From the NCBI GenBank assembly GCA_937625935.1, contig OW569386.1:355932-419931 (forward strand): a stretch of DNA of 64,000 bases, written 5' to 3'. This DNA comes from Tetramitus jugosus. Its lineage: Eukaryota; Protista; Heterolobosea. Every line of letters starts with the position of its first letter. Positions within the stretch are counted from its first letter, which is position 1. The notes beneath the pieces were generated by a model. The model had not been told where the DNA came from. It saw only the letters and a list, made by a program, of their open reading frames with translations, and did no database searches. Below are positions 22,190 through 30,831 of this stretch, piece after piece. The translations under genes were made by a program, and so were the position numbers.

Positions 22190-22485
22190 AACTTGGACAT
22201 TGAAACTGTTGAAAGATGAAAGTTGCGACGTTGTATGAAACATATGACAACGTCACAACCTCATAGGCATGAAGAAGCACAATTGATTCAGAACAGTTTA
22301 TGTCGCCGGTAGTAACAGTGGGTCCACTTCCACCACCTTTGTCATTCCCTTGAACGGCGATATTTAAATCGCAGGTTGCAATGCTAGAGGAGGGTTAGGA
22401 GTTGGAGATACAAACAATCGGACAGCGGTCGAAAAGCTTCCAAGAATCAACCAGACAATGGCAGTGACGGCTGCTACCGGTCCTT
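22190..22485 (-). pseudogene. Possible remnant of a secreted-protein gene
   Basis: Manual translation gives a hydrophobic leader (AAVTAIVWLILGSFSTAVRLFVSPTPN), then after a frameshift SSIATCDLNIAVQGND...QCPS*; no start codon. Confidence 0.25.
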
Positions 22486-22686
22486 ATCACTCTGTTCTTG
22501 GCTACTGTGACTCCATTCCCACTCAAACTGGCAAAACAACCTCTGGGCAATCAAGAAAGAGAATCAACTCATTAACTTGGCATTCCTTTTTGAAGAAATT
22601 TCCCACTCTCTCAAATACAATCAACCCACCTCAATACCCCGCCGTAAAAAACGATCAAGTTCCAAACAAAAAGAAGACTCAAAAAA

Positions 22687-24639
22687 ATGGATCATCGTGA
22701 TAATTCTCTCATGTGTGGTGAGATCACTGTCAATCAAGTTCCTTGCTTTGTTTATCTTTACCACGAGTTCATTGAGATTTATCGCGTGGTCAACTCACTT
22801 ACTCTGACGACTCCTTTACAAAATCAAGGAAAAAATGCAGGTCAACCAAGAAAAGTATTTTCTTCTCCCAATGAAATGAATGACAAAGGAACAATGATGA
22901 TGGAACATTGGATGAAACTAAATGTTGCTAATGTTCAACTTTTCAATCAGAGTGAAACTGTGAGTGGTAGCAGTGATGAACCCAAAATTTTGTTCTCAGT
23001 GAAGGTGCAACCAGAAATTGCTGATATGGATGGTAGAGATGATAGTGAGACGAATGAGGTAGTTGTTGAGACATATGATTTTCGATTATCGGCTCAGAAT
23101 CGCTGCGAGGAACCACTGTGGATTCAAAGTATGAAAAAAGTGTTGGCATGGAGTCACAATATGAATCAAATGGTCATTCCCGAAGAAATTTTGATCCAAA
23201 TTATGCAATGGATGAACGCACCAGAACTATTGTTGATTATGAGTCGTTTGTCGACACATTTGAACGAATTGAGTCGGTTGGACTTGTTTTGGAGTCATTT
23301 GTATCGTCATCAATGGCCACGTTGCCTATTGAAACATGACCTGAACTTTTTTAAGGACATGTTGCATGTTCCGTGTCTATCCTGGAAAGAACTCTTTTAT
23401 TATCGATATACGAGAGAGAGACATGCAGTTCTGTTGATGACCATGTACGACCGAGTGGAACCAAGTAAAACTGAATCGACTCAAGATGAAGAGAAAATTT
23501 TACAAGATCTGAAGCGCTATCAGATACTGGCAGAGGAAGCAACATTTATTGGTAAGATATCGGATTCTATTGAACTACCACCACAATCTGGGCAAAACAC
23601 TGTTGAAATGACGTCTGAATTCCAGTTCGAAAAACTTTTCTTGGCAGTATTGGTCATTGTTGTGTTTGAAGAGCTGTTGGAGGCTAAATTCAATGTGCAT
23701 CTGTTGAGACAATATGGAATCAATTTCCGAAGACTGAGATTGCCATCTCAGCACAGTGAACAGGAGGAACAATATATACTCAAAGTTATTAATTATTATA
23801 TTGACAGTTGCGACGGCTGGCTCTCAAAAGCAGAAGAGTGTTACAAACTGACTAAAGTTAATATGCCTCTTGACAGATGGATGAGTGATATGATTGATAA
23901 CTGCTATGTGAATCTATATCCAATTGTCTCTCGACTTCCAGAGAAATATCAGCTACGAATGCTCACCATTGTCCATTCGTTTATGGATCGAATTCTAAAT
24001 CATGAGAAATTGACTACTCTCCAGCTCTTCTTACTTGGTTGTGTGCAGGAAAAGCGTGGAAAAGTCTCTCCACCGCAACAAGGACTACAACTATTTGATG
24101 AGGCCTTTTCATATTATGAACGAGCGTCGGACTCTCCAGGAACCAACGTATATGCTACTGTGGCTCTAGTTGGACTAGGTAGTACGATGGTTGAAAAATT
24201 ACAAGTGAATGTCGATCTATACAGAGAGAGTCACGAGACCGATGAGCATTTGAGAAATGAAATCAACAAACTATTTATTCAAGGTCAAGCAATACTCAAG
24301 AGACTTAAGGCGATCCTTGTCGGACGCTGTATTGCACACTTGACACTCTCTCGCCTGCATTCCATCATGTATGGTGTGAAACTCACGGAGGACGGAGTAG
24401 ATCACGAGAGAAAAGCACGCAGCTATCTCACCAAGTCGCTGTCCGCTCCTGGAACATTGCACCCCATAGTCGATGTTCGAAGTTTTGAATCGGTGAAACA
24501 CTTAGATTGGTTCCAAGAATTGTTGGTCAAGTGGAATGAAAAGATGGCAAGTCAAGCACCGAAGCCTCAACCCTCACAAATTAATTCAATGCTTGGTCAG
24601 GTAAAAGCCCAGCCAACCACAACAACGAAAATAAACTAA
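22687..24639 (+). CDS. F-box protein with possible PH-like N-terminus and helical C-terminus
   Basis: F-box IPEEILIQIMQWMNAPELLLIMSRLSTHLNELSRLDLFW; YDFRLSA...LWIQSMKKVL resembles the end of a PH domain. Confidence 0.8.
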   Translation: MDHRDNSLMCGEITVNQVPCFVYLYHEFIEIYRVVNSLTLTTPLQNQGKNAGQPRKVFSSPNEMNDKGTMMMEHWMKLNVANVQLFNQSETVSGSSDEPKILFSVKVQPEIADMDGRDDSETNEVVVETYDFRLSAQNRCEEPLWIQSMKKVLAWSHNMNQMVIPEEILIQIMQWMNAPELLLIMSRLSTHLNELSRLDLFWSHLYRHQWPRCLLKHDLNFFKDMLHVPCLSWKELFYYRYTRERHAVLLMTMYDRVEPSKTESTQDEEKILQDLKRYQILAEEATFIGKISDSIELPPQSGQNTVEMTSEFQFEKLFLAVLVIVVFEELLEAKFNVHLLRQYGINFRRLRLPSQHSEQEEQYILKVINYYIDSCDGWLSKAEECYKLTKVNMPLDRWMSDMIDNCYVNLYPIVSRLPEKYQLRMLTIVHSFMDRILNHEKLTTLQLFLLGCVQEKRGKVSPPQQGLQLFDEAFSYYERASDSPGTNVYATVALVGLGSTMVEKLQVNVDLYRESHETDEHLRNEINKLFIQGQAILKRLKAILVGRCIAHLTLSRLHSIMYGVKLTEDGVDHERKARSYLTKSLSAPGTLHPIVDVRSFESVKHLDWFQELLVKWNEKMASQAPKPQPSQINSMLGQVKAQPTTTTKIN

Positions 24640-24684
24640 CTGTAACTTAATTATTCTGCAGGAGATATACCAATATTTATTCAG

Positions 24685-27468
24685 TTATTCATGTTGAGGT
24701 CTTAGAGATGAGAAAAGATTGAAGTAAACTGCCAGGGCGCACAAAAGAACAACTAAGGCAAAGATATAGTACCATTTCTTGCTTCCTTGTGTTGTTCTTC
24801 TCTCGAACAATCCCTTCTTGATTTCCTTGTAATCAGCAGCCAATTGAATACTTTGATTTTCGAGCAACAAGTATCTCTCAAATCTAAATTGCTTCAATCC
24901 TGTGGTAGAGTCGATTGAGCCCAAATTGACAGGCTTCAAACCTGCGGTTTCACTAACACCAGAGAAGAATCTAGACATTGCACCTCCACCGACAGCCTTT
25001 GACTTCTTCAAAAATTGGTGAGATCCAGATTCGAGTTCCGCAGTTTGATCTAGCAACCTGTCCAGTTTTTCACCTCTGTTCAAAATAGAGGAAAGATTAC
25101 CATCCAACATCGATTGTACAGAACCTTGAGGAGAAGAGCGGAAATACTCAACTTCCTTGATATCACCTACGAATTCTGAAAAGTTAAAGTCTTTGGGGAA
25201 AAAGAGACTCAGGTTCATAATGTTGATGGGTGAATCGAATTTGGCGAGATTCAACTTGAAAGTTCCTCGTCCTTCCAACTTGTCAGAAGGTACAGTAAAC
25301 ACAAACTCTACGAGCATCGTATTACATGCATCCTTCTTATTCAATGGAATCAAAATCAATTTCGTGTCCTTTTGTGCTTCGGATGACGGTTTGACTGATT
25401 TTTCATCAACAGTGGTTGACCAGACTTCTGCACTCTTGTTCAATCGAATTCTCAAGTATTGCTTGGCAGTATTTCTAATGTACATCTTGATCTTGTGCAA
25501 CAACTTTCCAGATGATAGTGTAATATCGTAGACACATGTTTCAATACAAGCACACAAAACTTCTACATCGTCATGTCTTGTCACATTCAAGTGAAGTTCA
25601 TGACCCTTCTCCAAGAATCGATAGCTGTGCAAGATTGGATATGGCGACAGTCTTTGAACATGAGGAAGTTCAGTTGAGTCAATCTTTCTCAAAAACTTTC
25701 TTCCTTCTTCCTTGATTTCGACATTGGTTCTGGCGACAACGGCAATTGTTCCCGTTTCTCTGGTTACGTTTTGTGATGTCATTGATGGAGCAAAGACCTT
25801 GGCACTTGTTCCACCCATCTCCAGCTCCGTATTGATCTTAAGGTTCAATGATCTTTCGACGCCATACTTGAATTGGATCTTCAAGATTTTCTTCGAATGA
25901 GAATTCTGCTTGTTCAATTGTTCAGCATCATCCAAAGAGAGTTCATCTTCTGTCTCCAATTCCTTTTGATCATAGACACTCCAATCCTTGATATTACCGC
26001 CGCTGACGGACAAGACCTTGAATGGAGCTCCATAAGGATCAATCATAATCTCCAACTGATTCAAACTTCCATTCACAATGGAGTAATCAAACACGGCAGT
26101 AGATCGAACGAGTCCCTCACCAATGGCGTGTAAAATGTTTTGCTGAGAAGTCAGAGTCAAAGGCAATTGAACTTTCTTGTCGCTGTCCTCCTCAATCTTG
26201 ACCACATCGGGCATGAGCAATGGAATGGCCTGTGCTTTGATCTTTGGTGTCCAATTGATAGTCAAGGTACGAGTAGGTGGATAGGAACAAGTGACTTGAG
26301 TGAAGCATCGTGAGTCAAGGTCATCCTTATCGCTGTTACCTGTGGATATCTTCTTCTTTTGAACGTAGAGAGCTGGTGATACCTTGACTTGGACATCTTC
26401 ATGATGAATCTTAAAGTCCAATTCGTTCTTGACAGCTTGAGAGGCAAAGTAAAGAACAATGGATCGAGGAGAAGTCGAAAAGTCGTCACTCTGTGCCGAG
26501 TAGGATGCAAAGGTTGATGATTTGCATGTCGACTGTGATGATTGTTGAGATCGTTCAATCGACACGTCAACCACGAGTTGAATATGATACAGTCCTGGCT
26601 CGCCGCACAACATGACAATCGAGTTATTCAGAATACCGATATGGCACGCAAGATCATCCATATTATCATTCAATTGTTCACTTGAATTCTTTGTTTCTTC
26701 TGCTTCTTCTTGCTTCTGCTCTGGTTCACTCTTTTCATCTTCAGCCAACAATGGTTGTTGTTGACGTCTAATGAGGCACTTCTTGAGAGACACATTGTTA
26801 CAGATTTGTTCCAACAGTGAAACCTTTGTCCAATTCTTTCTCTTCCACTTTTTGCCCACGGAACCAAATCTCTTTCTCCACAATTCCTGTTGATATCTCA
26901 CAATGACATTCTCCAACACATCAACATAGAAATCCAATGTGAAACAAGCACCCATATGCTTCTTGATCACTTGTTCAACATTCTTGTTGCTGCTATCGCC
27001 ACTCGTATCGTTTCCAACTGAACTCAACTCTTCACCCGAAACAACAATCTTGTTGATAATGTACGGTTCTTGAGCATCGACATTGGTCATGGCAGCACTT
27101 GCTCTCATTGCAAACTGCTGCAACCACTTTTGTTGTTTATTGTGTTGCTCCAACACCTTGAGGAATGAGTCCAAGCTTACAGTAACTGTTGGTTCATTGG
27201 CAGCAGCAGCTGATGAGGCAACCACTTGTGTTGTTGGACCTGCTGATGAGGCAGCTACAGTGTAGGAAGAATGAGGTGGAGGTGGAGCTTGAGGAGCCTT
27301 TGACCTCGCATTCTTTGGCTTACCGAATAAATCACCACCAGATGGTTGAGCATCACTCCAATCACCATCATCTTCATCATAAATGCTCTCTGAGACGCAC
27401 GTCTTTCGAGTGACCCATGGGTTAGAATTGATCTGTCTGTCTAAAGACTGAAGAAATAGTTTTTTCAT
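24685..27468 (-). CDS. Large tail-anchored beta-rich protein (paralog A) with embedded R-SNARE motif
   Basis: Colinear similarity to 27753-30593; SVQSMLDGNLSSILNRGEKLDRLLDQTAELESGSHQFLKKSKAV at ~24991-25125; C-terminal TM WYYIFALVVLLCALAVYF. Start is taken as ATG 27468. Confidence 0.85.
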   Translation of the reverse strand: MKKLFLQSLDRQINSNPWVTRKTCVSESIYDEDDGDWSDAQPSGGDLFGKPKNARSKAPQAPPPPHSSYTVAASSAGPTTQVVASSAAAANEPTVTVSLDSFLKVLEQHNKQQKWLQQFAMRASAAMTNVDAQEPYIINKIVVSGEELSSVGNDTSGDSSNKNVEQVIKKHMGACFTLDFYVDVLENVIVRYQQELWRKRFGSVGKKWKRKNWTKVSLLEQICNNVSLKKCLIRRQQQPLLAEDEKSEPEQKQEEAEETKNSSEQLNDNMDDLACHIGILNNSIVMLCGEPGLYHIQLVVDVSIERSQQSSQSTCKSSTFASYSAQSDDFSTSPRSIVLYFASQAVKNELDFKIHHEDVQVKVSPALYVQKKKISTGNSDKDDLDSRCFTQVTCSYPPTRTLTINWTPKIKAQAIPLLMPDVVKIEEDSDKKVQLPLTLTSQQNILHAIGEGLVRSTAVFDYSIVNGSLNQLEIMIDPYGAPFKVLSVSGGNIKDWSVYDQKELETEDELSLDDAEQLNKQNSHSKKILKIQFKYGVERSLNLKINTELEMGGTSAKVFAPSMTSQNVTRETGTIAVVARTNVEIKEEGRKFLRKIDSTELPHVQRLSPYPILHSYRFLEKGHELHLNVTRHDDVEVLCACIETCVYDITLSSGKLLHKIKMYIRNTAKQYLRIRLNKSAEVWSTTVDEKSVKPSSEAQKDTKLILIPLNKKDACNTMLVEFVFTVPSDKLEGRGTFKLNLAKFDSPINIMNLSLFFPKDFNFSEFVGDIKEVEYFRSSPQGSVQSMLDGNLSSILNRGEKLDRLLDQTAELESGSHQFLKKSKAVGGGAMSRFFSGVSETAGLKPVNLGSIDSTTGLKQFRFERYLLLENQSIQLAADYKEIKKGLFERRTTQGSKKWYYIFALVVLLCALAVYFNLFSSLRPQHE

Positions 27469-27752
27469 TTTGTGTGCTAGGCAATCCGTGTAAGGTCGTT
27501 TCTGTGTTGTTCGTTTTGCTTTCTTGAAAGCTTGTGCCAAAAGAACTTTGTCGACGAATCGAGTTCCAAACTCAAAAATTTTTTGTTCGCCCCTGATCTC
27601 TGCATTCTGATGGGCACGAACTTCACTGGAGGAACAGAACGTAGAATCGCCCAAGTTCTTTGTGAGCGAAAGAACAAACCACAAAAACAACAAAGAACAA
27701 GTAACAAGCAACAACAAACCAGTAGAGTATTCCTTGTTTATTTGTGAAAAAA
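27469..27752. promoter_or_regulatory. Putative bidirectional promoter between the two paralogs
   Basis: 284 nt separate the divergent ATGs; an A/C-rich leader precedes each start on its own strand. Confidence 0.5.
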
Positions 27753-30593
27753 ATGGACCCACAATCATCGTCTGCCAATACAGCTACAACTGCTGCTGCT
27801 GCTGATCTCAATTGGACTGAAAAAGACTCTGTCAAAGTTCCAGTCTCACAATTCCTTCCCTTGTTGACCTCATTCGATGAATATCAAGATAAACTGTCTC
27901 ACATTGTCGATGGAGAACAATCAATGAACCCGTTGGACGACAGCAGTCAACCACCTGCGACTCACTTGGTTCAAGAGTTGAGAATTGGCGGAAAAACGAA
28001 TATGCGCCAAAATTTTGTACAGTTCGATTTGGAGTTCCGTGTGAGTGTTCTGGTCGATCACTACAATACTTGTCCATTGATTCCCATTTCCAATTCGATT
28101 ACAGTGCTGGACTCTCGCGTTCAATTGTTGAAATGGGTGGAGAATAGCAAGAACAACAAGAATACCAATAAGCAAACAAGCACATTGTCGGCAAGTAACA
28201 CTGCATCAAGCTCATCCAGTGATGATGACAATAATGAACAACAAGATATGCAAGTGTTGCCCAACTATTTTGATAGTGTGGTTGATAGCAACGCAACAAG
28301 AGAGGCATCTGATGAAAAGAATGTGCCATCTTCCTCGACAAAGTCACCTCTGGACACTCACGGAAGAATCGGGATCGTTTCTGCTTGTCACTCTCTCATC
28401 TCTCGTGGAAAGGGACTCTATTCCATTTTCTTTACCATCTCTGTTCCATTTTTGACCAAACAGAAGAGAAGTGTAGAAATGACGTTGCCACGTCAATCTG
28501 TTGCTGCTAGAACTAGAATGACTGATTTCTCTATTCAAGGCGATATGCAAGTTCAAGTTGAACCTAGTACATACCTAGAAACAAAGGTAATTACCAAGGG
28601 AGATAGCAGCACTACGTCCAACAACAGTATCAACAATGCACTCCTGAATTTTGATGACGATGAAGATGATACTTTGGATGAAACCATCGATTCACATGAA
28701 ACTGTTATCGTAGAATGTATTTTACCTTCTGTATCTCATCTCACAATCTATTGGACTAAGAATGAACCAAAGAAGGAAGAAACAGAAACACCTGATAAGA
28801 AGGTGGAGCAAGTCAAGGAAAGGAAGCCATTGACTGTGAATGTTGATCAATATGCACTCCATTCTGTGGGAGGTGGAATCGTGAGCACCAGTGTCGATTT
28901 CAATTTCCAGATTCACAATGGGTCCTATGACACCTTCTACATTTCCATGAACACACCAAAGAAGAGTGATAAGAACATTAGAGTTCTGCGCGTTGAAGGC
29001 AGAAACATTAAGAAATGGGAGATGAAGAAGTTGAGAAACAATGAGAATGCAACAGCTAGTGATGCAACATCCGAGTCTGGCATTTCAAACGCCACCTCCA
29101 ATTCATTCCTCACTGATTCTACACTATCGTCTGCGCTGGGTAACTCTCTTGAACAGAGCATTTGCAAAGTCACACTTGAGACCGGAGTGGAAGGTAACTA
29201 TCAACTAAAGTTGTTCACAGAGGTTGATATGGATGGTGAGAGTGCAAAGGTGCACATACCTACTTTTGCCTGTCTTAACGTCAATCGTGAGAAGGGTTTC
29301 ATTGGTATCGAGGCAACATCAAGCGTCGAGATTAAAGAACTCTCTTCAAGACTGACAACAAAACTCGACACTAGAGAGTTGCCATCTGAGATGACAAACA
29401 AGGCTTCTGATCAATTGATTCTAGCGTACAAGTTCCTTCAATCAAAGGGTGTTTCTCTCTTTGTCGATGTGAAGAAGCATGATGACGTGTCTGTATTGGT
29501 AGCTGTGATTGAAGAAGCTTACTATGAGGTTACTTATTCCGAGAGTGGTCACTATTTGTATCGCGTGGCATTGAAGGTGAAGAACTCGAGTCAGGATTAC
29601 ATTAAGGCTAAATTCTTGGACATTAACGATGATTCAAAGCAGATTCAGATTTCATTATGGAGTACAACTGTAGATGGAAGTGCATCGCGTCCAGCTCGAG
29701 ACAAGGAAGGATTTATCCTCATCCCATTGAAACGTTCCTCCAGCGAAACAGTATTCACTGTTGAAATGTTCTACTTGTACAACAACCACTCGGCCATTGA
29801 GGGAAAGGGAAGCCTGGAACTCTTCTTCCCTACATTCAACACACCGATCACTCGAGGTTATTACAATGTCAACCTTCCAGACGACTTCAACTATGGAGAG
29901 TTTGAGGGAGACATTAAGGAGTGTAAGAACTGGGAGAAGTACCCATCTGTACTTGGTACAATTGCATATGAAAAGCAAAAGCTTGCGTACAATAACAACA
30001 ACAATAACGCAAGAATGCCTGTACAAATGCAACAACAACAACAACAAATGCAACAGCAATACGCTATGCCGCAACAAATGCAATACGCACCTCAGCAACA
30101 GATGAACTACAATGCCATGAACATGGTCCAACCACAAATGGCTCAACAAATGAGAAACGCGCCAAGACGACCACTATACAATATCAATGCCAACTTCAAT
30201 GAAGATGACGATGAGCAATACAATGACTCCGGGTCTGACAATGACGAAGAAGATGAAGCCCTTTCAGAGTCTGACGAAGAGCTAGAAGAAGGAGGTGAAG
30301 TGAACATCTCGAACAACTTGAAATCCTCTTCCGTTGTTGGTGTACTGCCTATTGTATTGAACTCTGTGAGCAATGGAAAGAATTTCAAGTTTGAAAAGTT
30401 GCTTGTTTCTGAAACTGAGCCATCACAGCGTCTTCATGTCGAATTCAAGCAGATTGTAAAGTCATGGAGAGAGAAGAGAACTTTGTGGAGACAAGACCTG
30501 GCTGCTTGGATGAAATACAAGAGATACTTGTTTTTGGTGGTGATTCTGCTTGTGGTTGTTGCGATTGTATCTCGCTTCATCAGAAGACATTGA
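27753..30593 (+). CDS. Large tail-anchored beta-rich protein (paralog B) with Q/N-rich and acidic insertion
   Basis: 946 aa from ATG 27753; shared blocks with paralog A; C-terminal TM YLFLVVILLVVVAIV. Confidence 0.85.
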   Translation: MDPQSSSANTATTAAAADLNWTEKDSVKVPVSQFLPLLTSFDEYQDKLSHIVDGEQSMNPLDDSSQPPATHLVQELRIGGKTNMRQNFVQFDLEFRVSVLVDHYNTCPLIPISNSITVLDSRVQLLKWVENSKNNKNTNKQTSTLSASNTASSSSSDDDNNEQQDMQVLPNYFDSVVDSNATREASDEKNVPSSSTKSPLDTHGRIGIVSACHSLISRGKGLYSIFFTISVPFLTKQKRSVEMTLPRQSVAARTRMTDFSIQGDMQVQVEPSTYLETKVITKGDSSTTSNNSINNALLNFDDDEDDTLDETIDSHETVIVECILPSVSHLTIYWTKNEPKKEETETPDKKVEQVKERKPLTVNVDQYALHSVGGGIVSTSVDFNFQIHNGSYDTFYISMNTPKKSDKNIRVLRVEGRNIKKWEMKKLRNNENATASDATSESGISNATSNSFLTDSTLSSALGNSLEQSICKVTLETGVEGNYQLKLFTEVDMDGESAKVHIPTFACLNVNREKGFIGIEATSSVEIKELSSRLTTKLDTRELPSEMTNKASDQLILAYKFLQSKGVSLFVDVKKHDDVSVLVAVIEEAYYEVTYSESGHYLYRVALKVKNSSQDYIKAKFLDINDDSKQIQISLWSTTVDGSASRPARDKEGFILIPLKRSSSETVFTVEMFYLYNNHSAIEGKGSLELFFPTFNTPITRGYYNVNLPDDFNYGEFEGDIKECKNWEKYPSVLGTIAYEKQKLAYNNNNNNARMPVQMQQQQQQMQQQYAMPQQMQYAPQQQMNYNAMNMVQPQMAQQMRNAPRRPLYNINANFNEDDDEQYNDSGSDNDEEDEALSESDEELEEGGEVNISNNLKSSSVVGVLPIVLNSVSNGKNFKFEKLLVSETEPSQRLHVEFKQIVKSWREKRTLWRQDLAAWMKYKRYLFLVVILLVVVAIVSRFIRRH

Positions 30594-30831
30594 ATGAAAT
30601 AAAAGCTTTATAACTTTATAAAAGCTGTTTGTTCATAAGAGGATTTGTTATTTATGGAACGAGAAATCTCCGAATGCCCTGGACTTGAGCTAAAAATAGG
30701 GAATGTCTGGTGAGCAACAACAACCACACACACAAAAAGAAGACAAGAGAGACTGAACAATTGATTGAAGACCTTGTTCACCTTGAGAATTGATTTTTCA
30801 TTCAGTAGCAGTAAGGGTTAATTAATTAGGA

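Noticed and set aside
5048-27468. Syntaxin and the R-SNARE-bearing protein as a linked gene cluster
   Set aside because: 18 kb apart with unrelated genes between; co-location is not evidence of partnership.
27469-27768. 100-aa N-terminal extension of paralog A from ATG 27768, with an apparent hydrophobic helix
   Set aside because: It overlaps the start of paralog B, has no counterpart in B, and the hydrophobic stretch is the antisense reading of B's CAA-rich leader. TSS mapping would settle it.
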